From Alphaproteobacteria bacterium (lineage in GTDB: Bacteria; Pseudomonadota; Alphaproteobacteria; Micropepsales; Micropepsaceae), in assembly GCA_947467345.1 (NCBI GenBank), contig CANIHD010000011.1:15319-79318 (forward strand): a stretch of 64,000 nt of DNA, read 5' to 3'. Shown here in pieces: positions 1 through 10,348 of this stretch (positions are counted from its first letter, which is position 1; the number at the start of each line of letters is the position of its first letter). Both the position numbers and the translations under genes were made by a program. The notes under the pieces were generated by a model. That model did not search any database, was not told where the DNA came from, and saw only the letters and a program-made list of their open reading frames with translations.

Positions 1-971
1 GCATGCCGCCGGAGCAATGCCGCTTGATCATGATCGATCCCAAAATGCTGGAATTGTCCGTGTACGACGATATTCCGCATCTTTTGGCGCCCGTCGTCAT
101 CGATCCCAAGAAGGCCGTCGTGGCGCTGAAATGGGCCGTGCGCGAAATGGAACAGCGCTACGGCAAGATGGCCAAAATCGGCGTGCGTGGCGTCGAGGCG
201 TTCAACGAGCGCGTCAAGAAGGCCAAAGAAAAAGGCGAGGTCATGAAGCGCACGGTGCAAACCGGCTTCGACCGCGAAACCGGACGCCCCGTGTACGAAG
301 ACGAAGTGCTCGAACTCGAGCCGATGCCGTACATCGTCGTTGTGGTCGACGAAATGGCCGATCTGATGATGATCTCCGGTAAGGAAATCGAAGGTGCGGT
401 GCAGCGTCTGGCGCAGATGGCACGTGCCGCCGGCATCCATTTAATCGCCGCCACACAGCGCCCGTCGGTGGACGTGATCACCGGCACCATCAAAGCGAAC
501 TTCCCCACGCGTATCAGCTTCCAGGTGACGTCGAAGATCGACTCCCGCACCATTCTCGGCGAACAAGGCGCCGAGCAGCTGCTGGGCCAGGGCGATATGC
601 TTTATATGATGGCGGGCGGACGCATTCGCCGCGTGCACGGACCGTTCGTCACCGATACCGAAGTGGAAGAAATCGTCCGCTTCCTGAAGACGCAAGGCCG
701 GCCGGAATATCTCGACGCCGTCACTGAGGAACCCGAAGAAGACGGCGAAGATCCCTACGCGCTGCTCGGCGCCGAGGGCGGCGACGAATTGTTCGACAAG
801 GCCGTCGCCATTGTCGCGCGCGAACGCAAGGTTTCGACGTCTTACATCCAGCGCCGTTTGCAGATCGGCTATAACCGCGCCGCGCGGCTGATCGAAAAAA
901 TGGAAGAAGACGGGATGATCTCGAAGCCCAATCATCAGGGCAAGCGCGAGATCCTGTTGCCGGAAGGCTGA
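1..971 (+). CDS. ftsK: DNA translocase FtsK, C-terminal motor and gamma domain (5' end outside window)
   Basis: ORF is open to the left window edge. Motifs '[13 protein letters not shown]' and '[13 protein letters not shown]', plus C-terminal winged helix '[21 protein letters not shown]'. Confidence 0.95.
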   Translation, partial: MPPEQCRLIMIDPKMLELSVYDDIPHLLAPVVIDPKKAVVALKWAVREMEQRYGKMAKIGVRGVEAFNERVKKAKEKGEVMKRTVQTGFDRETGRPVYEDEVLELEPMPYIVVVVDEMADLMMISGKEIEGAVQRLAQMARAAGIHLIAATQRPSVDVITGTIKANFPTRISFQVTSKIDSRTILGEQGAEQLLGQGDMLYMMAGGRIRRVHGPFVTDTEVEEIVRFLKTQGRPEYLDAVTEEPEEDGEDPYALLGAEGGDELFDKAVAIVARERKVSTSYIQRRLQIGYNRAARLIEKMEEDGMISKPNHQGKREILLPEG

Positions 972-1014
972 CGCATCGCGCATGCCGCGAGGCTGTGGTT
1001 AGAAAGTCTGGGCT

Positions 1015-1650
1015 ATGAAGCCTTGGATCATTGCAACCGCCTTCGTTGCGCCCGGCCTCGCGCTGGCGTCGCTGGTTGCATGGCAGATCTATAAATCGGG
1101 GCCGGACCAAGCGCCTGAGGCGAGCGCACCGATCGTTACACAGGCCCCCGCACCAGATCCCAGCGTTACGCCCGCAACCGATCCGATGGTGGTTTCAAAA
1201 TATCATCTCGTTGCCATCGACAGCTGGGGCCCGGTCAAAATCGGCATGACGCGCGAGGAAGCCGAGAGTGCGCTTGGCGGCCCTGAAAATTTGCGTGTGC
1301 CCGATCCCTTCGAGCCCGATCAGGAGTGCAATTACGGCTACCCGGCCGACGGACCGGAGGGCGTGGCATTTATGCTGATCAAAGATGTCATCGCGCGCAT
1401 CGACATCGAAAATCCGGCCGTCCTGACAAGTCTCGGCGCTTTCATTGGGAGCGAAGACAGCGAGGTCTTGGCGCTCTATCCCGGCAACGTCACCACGCAG
1501 CCGCACAAATACGAAGACGGCCATTATCTGATTGTCACCGATCCGGCGAAAGCTGGACTGGCTTATGTGTTCGAGACCGACGGTACCAAGGTCACGCGCT
1601 ACCGCGCCGGCCGCGAGCCGGAAGTCGAATGGGTTGAAGGCTGCTCGTAG
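1015..1650 (+). CDS. hypothetical membrane-anchored/secreted protein
   Basis: 211-aa ORF with N-terminal hydrophobic helix 'IIATAFVAPGLALASLVAW' and a Pro/Ala linker. I recognise no family. Confidence 0.55.
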   Translation: MKPWIIATAFVAPGLALASLVAWQIYKSGPDQAPEASAPIVTQAPAPDPSVTPATDPMVVSKYHLVAIDSWGPVKIGMTREEAESALGGPENLRVPDPFEPDQECNYGYPADGPEGVAFMLIKDVIARIDIENPAVLTSLGAFIGSEDSEVLALYPGNVTTQPHKYEDGHYLIVTDPAKAGLAYVFETDGTKVTRYRAGREPEVEWVEGCS

Positions 1651-1659
1651 AGGTGGCGA

Positions 1660-3321
1660 CTACTCCAGTGGTTCCACCTTCATCACCACCGCTTTGTGGT
1701 TTGCGCCAAGCCACATCACGGGACGCGCTTCGCTATTGTCGATCGACACGCGGCGCGCATTGGTTTCGATCGGCATCAGATATTGGATCGTCTTTCCGGT
1801 CTTGGTGTCGATGCGGGTGACGCGGTCGTCTTCCATATTGTTGGTCCACACCCAGCCGTTCTTGTCGACCTGAGCGTCATAGGGCGAAATATAGGCGCCC
1901 GGCACCGGCCATTCGGTGAAGGCGCCGGTCTTGGTGTCGAGCATAGCGACCTTGCCGACGCCCCATTCCGCGAACCACAGCCGGTCCTGAGCGTCCATGC
2001 GCCTGCGTCGCGGCCGTGAATCTTCCGTTGGCGTTTTGAAGGCGGTGGACGCGCCGGTCTTGGCGTCGACCTTCCAAATATATTGGCTCGGAAAATCCAG
2101 CAAATAAGCGTTGTTGTGCGAGTCGGTGTAAATGCCGTAGGCGCCATGCCGCTGACCGGCCGGCATGTCCTTGAACGGCAGGAACCAGTTGTCGAATTTC
2201 CCGGTCGCGATATCGACCCGCGCGATTGACGGATGCTCGGCGTCGTTCATCCAAACCTTGCCGTCCACATGCGAATTAGCCGGCGCGACCATCGCCTGCT
2301 GACTGCGATCGTCACGCATGGCTTCTGGCAATGGAAAGAATTGAAATTTTTCCGTGATGCGGCCGAACTTCGCGATGCCGGTTTGGTTCATCAGACCGGT
2401 CCATATATTGCCGGCTTTATCGAATTCGAGATTGAGATTGCCATTGGCATAGCCTCCGGCGCGCGTAGCCGGATAGGTGAACTCCTTCACCTCGCCGGTC
2501 TTGGTGTCGAGCCGCGACAGCGAGTTTTCGCCGAAGTTTGAAATCCAGACGAAGCCCTTGTCGTCGCGCACAACGTCATGCGGCTGCATGGTCCGGCGGG
2601 GAAGATCGTACGAGGTGATGATGACTTTGGTGTGCTCGCCCTTCGGACGCGGCGCATATTTGAAATTGTATGTCCATGCTGGGCCGCTCGAAAGATTGAG
2701 CGAGGCGAGATAGGTGGCAATCCGCATAGAGGCGTCGGCGGCACGCGCGCGCCCGCTCTCAACGATGCGCTTTTGCACCACAAGCGGAAATGCCTGGCTC
2801 GTCATCATGGCCATGCGCGGCAAGACGTCGTTGGCGAATTGCTCTTTCGTATAGGTCGAGGTGAGCGGCAATTGCAGCGTGTGGCAGCTGCCACAGCCTT
2901 CGATACCGCGCTTTTCTTACTCCGTTCCTGGAATGCTCATCAACCAATCCGAATTGGTCAACTGCGGCACGATGTTGGTGGTGGGAGCGAGCTTCAAATC
3001 CGCAGCAGCGCCGCCGGCGGTGACGCTGATGTCGCGCGGACCATCGAGGACATAGCCGATGGCGCGAATTTTCAGGTTATATTTTCCGGGCTCAAGACGA
3101 CCTGCGGGAAATTGGTAGCGTCCTTTGTCGTCACTCACGACCGTAACGGAGATGTTCGAGCCTTCTCTTTTCGCGGTGACAAGCACGCCTTCCATGGCGC
3201 CTTCTTTTGCGGAGCTCACTTGGCCGGATAAGGCTACCGCGCTCGCCGCGAAAGCGGACTGCGTGGCTGCGAAAAGAAACAGTGCCGTGCTCGACAGAAG
3301 CCAGAGTCGTGTTCTGTGCAT
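1660..3321 (-). pseudogene. secreted carboxypeptidase-regulatory-like domain + c-type haem (CXXCH) + beta-propeller (virginiamycin-B-lyase-like) protein, interrupted by an in-frame TAA at 2917..2919
   Basis: ORFs 2917..3387 and 1660..2871 share one frame, reading '...IPGTE*EKRGIEGCGSCHTLQL...'. Signal peptide 'MHRTRLWLLSSTALFLFAATQSAFA' is present only on the upstream part. Confidence 0.6.
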
Positions 3322-3455
3322 CGCATTCCCCCGAGATTTTTCACGAAGCGATTTTTCGCCTGAAGCAAAAAGTATCATTGTGCCCATGAAACATCCAATC
3401 GTGATTGCGTGTGCCGAGCAGAGATGGTGCGCTGCCGCGAGTGAAGGAGACGAAG

Positions 3456-4049
3456 ATGAAATATGCCTCTATCGCGATTGCCATGCTGGCTGGCGCTTGC
3501 GCCGCTCTCGCCGCCGAGCCATTGCCGATGCTTAGCGTTATAAGTGTCAGGCCGGGCGACACGCTCAATCTTCGCGAACAGCCGGACGCGCGTTCCCGCC
3601 AATTGGGATTTCTTGCGCCAACCGATGGCGGCATCACGATTGTCGGTCAGGCGGTTCAGACTCTCGACTGGATTCAGGTCCAGAAGGGCCGTGCCCGCGG
3701 CTGGGCCAATGCGCGCTTTCTCGCCTATGGCGATGCAGCGGAGCAGCGGCGCCTTCCCGTCCGCCTCACCTGCACCGGAACCGAGCCCTTTTGGAGCGTC
3801 GAGATCGGCTATGGCCGCGCCGACACCAATTTGGACCTAGGCCAAGCAAAGGGCCGAATTGCCCTTGCTGCCCCCATTTCAGCCTCTAAACACCCCAACC
3901 TATGGCTGCACACCGCGTTGGACCGGGGCGACCCATCTTCTCTTTTGATCGAGGCCGAGGCCTGCTCCGACGGCATGTCGGAGCGGCGTTACGCCTACAG
4001 CGTGGCCGCGCGGCTTGGCGATCGGCTCTATTCCGGCTGCTGCCGTTGA
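3456..4049 (+). CDS. periplasmic SH3b-like domain protein with Cys-containing C-terminal domain
   Basis: Signal peptide 'MKYASIAIAMLAGACAALA', an SH3-like 'VRPGDTLNLREQPDARS...WIQV' segment, and C-terminal 'CSDGMSERRY...SGCC'. Confidence 0.65.
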   Translation: MKYASIAIAMLAGACAALAAEPLPMLSVISVRPGDTLNLREQPDARSRQLGFLAPTDGGITIVGQAVQTLDWIQVQKGRARGWANARFLAYGDAAEQRRLPVRLTCTGTEPFWSVEIGYGRADTNLDLGQAKGRIALAAPISASKHPNLWLHTALDRGDPSSLLIEAEACSDGMSERRYAYSVAARLGDRLYSGCCR

Positions 4050-4111
4050 TGCGGCGCAATGACGCGGCTGCATGCGGTGGTTGGTAAATCTTTGGGGGCC
4101 ATGACGTTTCG

Positions 4112-4140
4112 TTGACACGCCCCCAACGGGAACAGTAATT
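4112..4140 (+). promoter_or_regulatory. candidate sigma70-type promoter for etfBA
   Basis: TTGACA (4112..4117), a 17-nt spacer, then GTAATT, about 70 nt upstream of the etfB ATG. Pattern match only. Confidence 0.25.
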
Positions 4141-4209
4141 GTTGCGCCGCACAATGGCCGTGGTGGACAATGTCCTCTTCGGTCTAGACGCCTAAAGGCT
4201 TCAGCGCAG

Positions 4210-4956
4210 ATGAAGGTTCTCGTCCCCGTTAAACGGGTGATCGACTTCAACGTCGCGGTTCGGGTGAAAACCGACGGATCGGGCGTCGAGCTTGCCAATG
4301 TCAAAATGTCCATCAACCCCTTCGATGAGATCGCGGTCGAGGAAGCCCTGCGTCTGAAGGAAAAGGGCACGGTGACGGAAGTGGTCGCCGTGTCGATCGG
4401 ACCGGCGCAAGCGTCCGAGACATTACGCACAGCTATGGCGATGGGTGCCGACCGCGGCATTCTGATCCGCCATGACGGCGAGCTGGAGCCTCTCGCGGTG
4501 GCGAAGATTTTGAAGTCGGTGGTCGAGGAGGAAAAGCCCGGCCTCGTCATCATGGGCAAGCAGGCCATCGACGACGACTGCAACCAGACCGGCCAGATGC
4601 TGGCCGCACTCCTGAACTGGCCGCAAGGGACATTCGCCTCGAAACTCGAAATCGGCGATGGGCATATTCAGGTGACGCGCGAAGTGGACGGCGGCCTGCA
4701 GACAATCGATCTCGATATGCCCGCCATCATCACCACCGACCTTCGCCTGAACGAGCCGCGTTACGCCTCGCTTCCGAACATCATGAAGGCGCGCAAAAAA
4801 CCGATCGCCGAAAAAACGGCGCCGGAATGCGGCGTCGATGTAAGCCCGCGGCTGAAAATTTTGGGCGTGAGCGAACCGAGCAAGAGGCGCACCGGCACGC
4901 GCGTCGCCAATGCCGGCGAGTTGGTAACGAAGCTTCGCGAAGCGGGTGTGTTCTGA
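4210..4956 (+). CDS. etfB: electron transfer flavoprotein beta subunit
   Basis: '[20 protein letters not shown]...[16 protein letters not shown]' is typical of EtfB. The stop overlaps the etfA ATG. Confidence 0.95.
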   Translation: MKVLVPVKRVIDFNVAVRVKTDGSGVELANVKMSINPFDEIAVEEALRLKEKGTVTEVVAVSIGPAQASETLRTAMAMGADRGILIRHDGELEPLAVAKILKSVVEEEKPGLVIMGKQAIDDDCNQTGQMLAALLNWPQGTFASKLEIGDGHIQVTREVDGGLQTIDLDMPAIITTDLRLNEPRYASLPNIMKARKKPIAEKTAPECGVDVSPRLKILGVSEPSKRRTGTRVANAGELVTKLREAGVF

Positions 4957-5885
4957 TGCCCGCTCTTGTTCTTGCCGAGCATGACAAGGGACGCCTCAGC
5001 GAGGCCACCGCTAAAACTGTGACGGCAGCAGCGCAAATCTCTGACACCGTGCATGTGCTGGTGGCGGGACAGAACATTGCGTCTGTGTCTGCCGCTGCCG
5101 CCGAGATTCAAGGTGTTGCGCGCGTGCTTGCGGCCGACGATGCGCGCTACGCGCATCAACTTGCGGAGCCGCTCGCCGAACTCATTCTTTCGGTTGCAAG
5201 CAAGTATGACGCGATTCTTGCGCCCGCCACCGCGACGGGAAAAAGCACGCTGCCGCGCGTCGCTGCGCGTCTCGACGTCGCGCAAGTGTCGGAGATTGTC
5301 GCGGTCGAAGCGCCAGACACATTTTTACGTCCGATCTATGCCGGCAATGCGATTCAGAAAATTCAAATTCCGAGCGGCGTGAAAGTCATCACGGTGCGTA
5401 CGTCAGCTTTCAAAGCCGCGCCGCTGGGCGGCAATGCAATCATCGAAACCGTAGCACCAGCAGCCGATCCCGGCACCTCGCGTTTCACGAGCGAAAATCT
5501 CTCCGTCTCGCTACGGCCCGAATTGACTAATGCGCGCATCATCGTATCGGGCGGACGCGGCATGGGGTCGAAAGAAAATTTCATCCTGCTTGAGCGCATC
5601 GCCGACAAGATGGGGGCAGGGCTTGGCGCTTCGCGCGCGGCTGTCGATGCCGGCTTCGTGCCCAATGATTATCAAGTCGGGCAGACCGGAAAAATCGTTG
5701 CGCCGGAGCTGTATATTGCCGTCGGCATTTCCGGCGCCATTCAGCATCTCGCGGGCATGAAGGATTCGAAAATCGTCGTTGCGATCAACAAAGACGAGAA
5801 CGCACCAATCTTCGGCGTTGCCGATTATGGCTTGGTTGCGGATTTGTTTGAGGCGTTGCCCGAACTGGAACGGGCGCTGGGGTAG
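4956..5885 (+). CDS. etfA: electron transfer flavoprotein alpha subunit
   Basis: The ATG at 4956 overlaps the etfB stop. FAD-binding C-terminus 'VSGGRGMGS...YIAVGISGAIQHLAGM'. The ORF-track start at 4827 is an upstream extension. Confidence 0.95.
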   Translation: MPALVLAEHDKGRLSEATAKTVTAAAQISDTVHVLVAGQNIASVSAAAAEIQGVARVLAADDARYAHQLAEPLAELILSVASKYDAILAPATATGKSTLPRVAARLDVAQVSEIVAVEAPDTFLRPIYAGNAIQKIQIPSGVKVITVRTSAFKAAPLGGNAIIETVAPAADPGTSRFTSENLSVSLRPELTNARIIVSGGRGMGSKENFILLERIADKMGAGLGASRAAVDAGFVPNDYQVGQTGKIVAPELYIAVGISGAIQHLAGMKDSKIVVAINKDENAPIFGVADYGLVADLFEALPELERALG

Positions 5886-5983
5886 AAGATGAGACGAGAA
5901 AATCGAGTGGTATCTCCGGTGGGAATGCGGTCCTCGCATTCGAAGCCGGCAAGCGCGGAACTTCATCGGAACGGCAGGTCATT

Positions 5984-6859
5984 ATGAGAATCGAAAAAGT
6001 CGGCGTCATCGGCGCCGGACAAATGGGTAATGGTATTGCACATGTCTGCGCGCTCGCAGGCTGCGACGTCATCATGGAAGATATCAACGCTGACGCGCTC
6101 GGCCGCGCCCGCGACAGCATCAGCAAGAACCTGGCACGCCAGGTGAGCCGAGGCCTCGTCACGCAAGCCGATGCCGACGCGGCGATGGCACGCATCAAAA
6201 CCGCGACCGATCTGGAAGGGATGCGCGACCGCGATATCGTCATCGAAGCCGCGACCGAGAACGAACAGATCAAGCGCAAGATCTATCAGGACCTCTGCCC
6301 GCGCATCGGACCCAAGACGATGATCGCGAGCAACACCTCGTCGATCTCGATCACGCGGCTGGCCGCGGCGACCGATCGGCCGGAACGCTTCATCGGCGTG
6401 CACTTCATGAATCCCGTGCCGGTGATGCAGCTGGTCGAAGTCATCAAAGGCATCGCCACCGAAGAAGAAACCTATCTCTCGGCGATCGATCTGGTGAAGC
6501 GCCTGGGCAAGACCTCCGCGCAGGCGGAAGATTTCCCGGCCTTTATCGTCAACCGCATTTTGCTGCCGATGATCAACGAGGCCGTCTACACGCTGTATGA
6601 AGGCGTCGGGAATGTTGAATCCATCGACAGCGCGATGCGCCTCGGCGCTAACCACCGCATGGGTCCGCTCGAGCTCGCCGATTTCATCGGCCTCGATACG
6701 TGCCTATCGGTGATGCAGGTTCTCTATGAGGGGCTCGCGGATTCCAAATACCGCCCCTGCCCGCTTCTGGTGAAATATGTCGAAGCCGGTTGGCTGGGTC
6801 GCAAGACCGGCCGCGGCTTCTACGATTATCGCGGCGACCATCCGGTCCCGACGCGCTAA
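5984..6859 (+). CDS. hbd: 3-hydroxybutyryl-CoA dehydrogenase
   Basis: Rossmann motif 'VGVIGAGQMGNGIA', 'IEAATENEQIKRKI', and C-terminal 'GRKTGRGFYDY'. Confidence 0.9.
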   Translation: MRIEKVGVIGAGQMGNGIAHVCALAGCDVIMEDINADALGRARDSISKNLARQVSRGLVTQADADAAMARIKTATDLEGMRDRDIVIEAATENEQIKRKIYQDLCPRIGPKTMIASNTSSISITRLAAATDRPERFIGVHFMNPVPVMQLVEVIKGIATEEETYLSAIDLVKRLGKTSAQAEDFPAFIVNRILLPMINEAVYTLYEGVGNVESIDSAMRLGANHRMGPLELADFIGLDTCLSVMQVLYEGLADSKYRPCPLLVKYVEAGWLGRKTGRGFYDYRGDHPVPTR

Positions 6860-6866
6860 AGCTCGC

Positions 6867-7448
6867 TTATTGCGCGGTCGGGCTCTCGGCCAGGCCGCGC
6901 AAATAGGCCACCACGTCTGGGTGGTCCCAATCCTGCGGGCCTGAAGCGCGGCCGATCTCGCGCCCCTCGGCATCGATCAGCACGGTAAAGGGCAGCGCGA
7001 AGGCTTCGAAGCCGCGCATGACCGCGAGGGTGCGGTCGGCATGGACGGGCAAAGAGCCGGCCTCGTGTTCTTTCAGGAAGGCTTCGATCTTCGCAACCTC
7101 CAGCTTTTCCATGTCGATCGGCAGCACCAGCACTTTGTCCTGCCCCAACGCGGCTTGCGCCCGCGCCAGGTCCGGCAGCTCTGCGACGCAGGGTGCGCAC
7201 CACGTCGCCCAGAGATTGAGCAACACCACCCGGCCCTTGAACGAAGACAGCGGCACGGTCATGCCCGTGGCGTCTTCGAAACTTACCTCGGGAACGGCAG
7301 GCCGGTCGGCGGTCAGCTTGAATTTGTCGAGCTGCGGGGGCGGCACAAGTTGGACATTGCCGCCGCTATTCCCGTATAGCACCGCCACGGCGATGGTCAC
7401 GGCAACGAGGCCTGCGGCGATCAATATGAGGCGCGGACGAGAGTTCAT
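6867..7448 (-). CDS. tlpA: TlpA-family thiol:disulfide interchange protein (membrane-anchored thioredoxin)
   Basis: N-terminal anchor plus thioredoxin-fold '[17 protein letters not shown]'. Confidence 0.8.
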   Translation of the reverse strand: MNSRPRLILIAAGLVAVTIAVAVLYGNSGGNVQLVPPPQLDKFKLTADRPAVPEVSFEDATGMTVPLSSFKGRVVLLNLWATWCAPCVAELPDLARAQAALGQDKVLVLPIDMEKLEVAKIEAFLKEHEAGSLPVHADRTLAVMRGFEAFALPFTVLIDAEGREIGRASGPQDWDHPDVVAYLRGLAESPTAQ

Positions 7449-7502
7449 CGTCTTAAACTTTCGGGCTTAAAGGTTCAGGTCTCAGTCCAAAGCAGTATAG
7501 CC

Positions 7503-8882
7503 ATGTCCACGAACAAAATGTGGGGCGGACGCTTCAGCCGGGGCCCCGATGCCATCATGGAGGACATAAACACCTCCATCGATTTCGACAAACGCCTGGC
7601 CGAGCAGGATCTGGCCGGCTCGCTGGCCCATGCCGCCATGCTGGGCGCGGCCGGGATCATCGAAAGCGCCGACGCCGAAAAGATCCGCACAGGCCTGGAA
7701 ACCATCAAAGCTGAGCTGGCGGCGGGCACATTCCCGTTCCGCCGTTCCTTCGAAGACATCCACCTCAATGTGGAAGCGCGTCTCGCCGAGTTGATCGGCG
7801 ACGCGGCCGGACGGCTCCACACCGCCCGCTCGCGTAACGATCAGGTGGCCACCGATTTCCGGCTGTGGGTGCGCGATGCCTGTGCCCGCGCCGATCTCAT
7901 GCTGAAGGCCCTGCAATCGGCGTTGCTGGCGCAAGCCGAAACCCACGCCGAAACCATCATGCCGGGCTACACGCATATGCAGCCCGCGCAACCGGTGACG
8001 TTCGGTCATCACTGCCTCGCTTATGTCGAAATGCTGGAGCGCGACCGGAGCCGATTCCGCGACGCTGGCAAACGGCTGAATGAATCGCCGCTGGGCGCCG
8101 CAGCACTCGCCGGAACGCCGTACAAGATCGACCGCGCCATGACGGCGAAAGCTTTGGGCTTCGATGGTCCGATGCGCAATTCGCTAGACGCCGTTTCGGC
8201 ACGCGATTTCGCGCTGGAATATTTGAGCGCCTGCGCCATAGCGGCAACGCATCTGTCGCGCCTCGCCGAAGAAATCGTGCTGTGGGCGTCTCCCGCTTAT
8301 GGCTTCATCAAATTGTCGGACGCGTTCTCGACCGGCTCTTCCATCATGCCGCAGAAGCGCAATCCCGATGCAGCGGAATTGGTGCGCGCCAAAGTAGGCC
8401 GCATTCTCGGCGCCTTTGTCGGTCTGTTGACTGTGGTGAAAGGTCTCGCGCTCGCTTACGCCAAGGATCTGCAGGAAGACAAAGAGCCGGTATTCGCCGC
8501 GCATGACGCGCTCGAACTTTCGCTCGCCGCGATGGCGGGCATGTTCGGCGATCTCACCGTCGATGCGCCCGCGATGCGGCGCGCGGCGGAGAAAGGTTAC
8601 CCCACCGCCACCGATCTCGCCGATTGGGTTGTCACCAATTTAAAAAAACCATTTCGCGAAGCGCATCACATCGCCGGGGCAGCAGTGGCGCGCGCGGAGA
8701 GTTTGAATCTGTCGCTTGAGAAATTGCCGCTAAGCGAACTCAAATCCGTTGAGCCCGGCATCACCGACGCGATTTACAAAGTGCTCTCGCTTGAGGCCTC
8801 GGTGAATGCACGTACAAGTTTCGGCGGAACCGCGCCGTTACGCGTGCGCGAGCAAATCGCGTTTTGGAAGGAGCGGCTCTGA
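7503..8882 (+). CDS. argH: argininosuccinate lyase
   Basis: 'MWGGRFS...', '[16 protein letters not shown]', '[12 protein letters not shown]'. Confidence 0.97.
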   Translation: MSTNKMWGGRFSRGPDAIMEDINTSIDFDKRLAEQDLAGSLAHAAMLGAAGIIESADAEKIRTGLETIKAELAAGTFPFRRSFEDIHLNVEARLAELIGDAAGRLHTARSRNDQVATDFRLWVRDACARADLMLKALQSALLAQAETHAETIMPGYTHMQPAQPVTFGHHCLAYVEMLERDRSRFRDAGKRLNESPLGAAALAGTPYKIDRAMTAKALGFDGPMRNSLDAVSARDFALEYLSACAIAATHLSRLAEEIVLWASPAYGFIKLSDAFSTGSSIMPQKRNPDAAELVRAKVGRILGAFVGLLTVVKGLALAYAKDLQEDKEPVFAAHDALELSLAAMAGMFGDLTVDAPAMRRAAEKGYPTATDLADWVVTNLKKPFREAHHIAGAAVARAESLNLSLEKLPLSELKSVEPGITDAIYKVLSLEASVNARTSFGGTAPLRVREQIAFWKERL

Positions 8883-9028
8883 TGATCCGCGCTCTTGCCG
8901 CTTTGCTTTTCGTCAGCATCGTCTATGGCTGCGGCGTCAAATCCGATTTGGAAATTCCGAACGGAAGCCTGCCGCAACAGCGCGAAGAAAACGATCCCTC
9001 GCGGCCACCGCAGCCGCTCGGACAATGA
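8882..9028 (+). CDS. small lipoprotein (48 aa), LptM/YifL-like lipoprotein-attachment motif
   Basis: Below the ORF-track cutoff. Sequence '[48 protein letters not shown]'. Its ATG overlaps the argH TGA and its TGA overlaps the lysA ATG. Confidence 0.6.
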   Translation: MIRALAALLFVSIVYGCGVKSDLEIPNGSLPQQREENDPSRPPQPLGQ

Positions 9029-10314
9029 ACCATTTCCAATATAAAGACGGTGTGCTCCACGCCGAGGACGTAAGCCTCGACGCCTTGGCGCAAAGCGTCG
9101 GCACGCCGTTCTATTGCTATTCGACGGCGACGCTCTCCCGGCATTTCCAAGTTTTCAAAGCGGCGCTGCCGCCATCCGCATTGATCGCCTATGCGATGAA
9201 GGCGAACGACAATCTCGCGGTGTTGAAAACACTGGCGAACCTCGGCGCCGGCGCGGACATCGTTTCAGGCGGTGAATTGCGCAAAGCTTTGGCGGCGGGC
9301 ATTCCCGGCGAGCGCATCGTGTTCTCCGGCGTGGGCAAAAGCCGCGAGGAAATGCGCGCCGCCCTTGAGGCGAATATTTTCCAGTTCAATGTCGAAAGCG
9401 AACCGGAGCTCGAAGCTCTCGATTCCGTCGCGCGTGACATGGGCCGCAAAGCGCCAGTGACGATCCGCGTCAATCCGGATGTCGACGCGCTCACCCACGC
9501 CAAGATTTCCACCGGCAAAGGCGAGAACAAATTCGGTGTGCCGATCGATTGGGTGCCGGGTCTCGCTACACGCGCTTCCAAGATGGACGGCATCCGCCTC
9601 GTAGGTGTTGCAACCCATATCGGCAGCCAGCTCACCAATCTGGAGCCGTTACGGGCGGCCTGGGGCAAGATTATCGCTCTCATCGCCGATCTTCGCGCGG
9701 CGGGCCACAAAATCGAACGGTGCGATCTCGGCGGCGGGTTGGGCGTACCCTATGAGCTCGACAATGCGCCGCCGCCAGAACCGGAACTTTACGGTCGCCT
9801 GGTCGCGGAACTCACCAAGGGCCTCGATGTTAAGCTCGTTTTCGAGCCCGGCCGCCTGATTGTGGCCAATGCGGGGATTCTGGTCAGCCGCGTGCTTTAT
9901 GTGAAGCCCGGCGCCGCCAAGAATTTCCTGGTGCTGGACGCGGCCATGAACGACCTGATCCGCCCCGCTATGTATGACGCTCATCACGATATTGTTCCTG
10001 TGCGCGACCCCGGCGCGGCGCCGAAGCTTCAACGCTACGACGTAGTGGGTCCTATCTGTGAAACCGGCGATCTTTTCGCCCATGATCGGGACTTGCCGGG
10101 GGCTAAGGCCGGTGATCTGATGGCATTGATGACAGCCGGCGCCTATGGCGCCGTAATGTCGTCAAGTTATAATGCACGACTGCCGGCGCCTGAGGTGCTG
10201 GTGAGCGGGCAAAAATGGAGCGTGGTGAGGCCGCGCATAACCTATGAAGCGCTGATTGCGCTGGATCGGATTCCGGACTGGCTTGAGGACGGAGAGCGAA
10301 CCCAACCAGGTTAA
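9025..10314 (+). CDS. lysA: diaminopimelate decarboxylase
   Basis: 'MNHFQYKDGVLHAEDV...GTPFYCYS', 'YAMKAN', 'GPICETGD'. The ORF-track start at 8806 is an upstream extension. Confidence 0.95.
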   Translation: MNHFQYKDGVLHAEDVSLDALAQSVGTPFYCYSTATLSRHFQVFKAALPPSALIAYAMKANDNLAVLKTLANLGAGADIVSGGELRKALAAGIPGERIVFSGVGKSREEMRAALEANIFQFNVESEPELEALDSVARDMGRKAPVTIRVNPDVDALTHAKISTGKGENKFGVPIDWVPGLATRASKMDGIRLVGVATHIGSQLTNLEPLRAAWGKIIALIADLRAAGHKIERCDLGGGLGVPYELDNAPPPEPELYGRLVAELTKGLDVKLVFEPGRLIVANAGILVSRVLYVKPGAAKNFLVLDAAMNDLIRPAMYDAHHDIVPVRDPGAAPKLQRYDVVGPICETGDLFAHDRDLPGAKAGDLMALMTAGAYGAVMSSSYNARLPAPEVLVSGQKWSVVRPRITYEALIALDRIPDWLEDGERTQPG

Positions 10315-10348
10315 TCCATCGGGCGCCGAGGTGCGCAAAGCCGAGCAG

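Noticed and set aside
5963-6655. 230-aa ORF antisense to hbd. Similar long antisense or alternative-frame ORFs are 24604..25527, 60019..61002, 19730..20785, 10904..11788, 53182..54096, 51279..52142 and 18976..19950.
   Set aside because: They completely overlap well-supported conserved genes. They have Arg/Ala/Gly-rich compositions typical of off-frame translation of high-GC DNA. They contain no recognisable motifs.
8806-9024. 73-codon N-terminal extension of lysA in the ORF track.
   Set aside because: The Arg-rich extension overlaps the argH 3' end and the better-supported small lipoprotein frame. The conserved LysA N-terminus begins at 'MNHFQYKDG' (9025).
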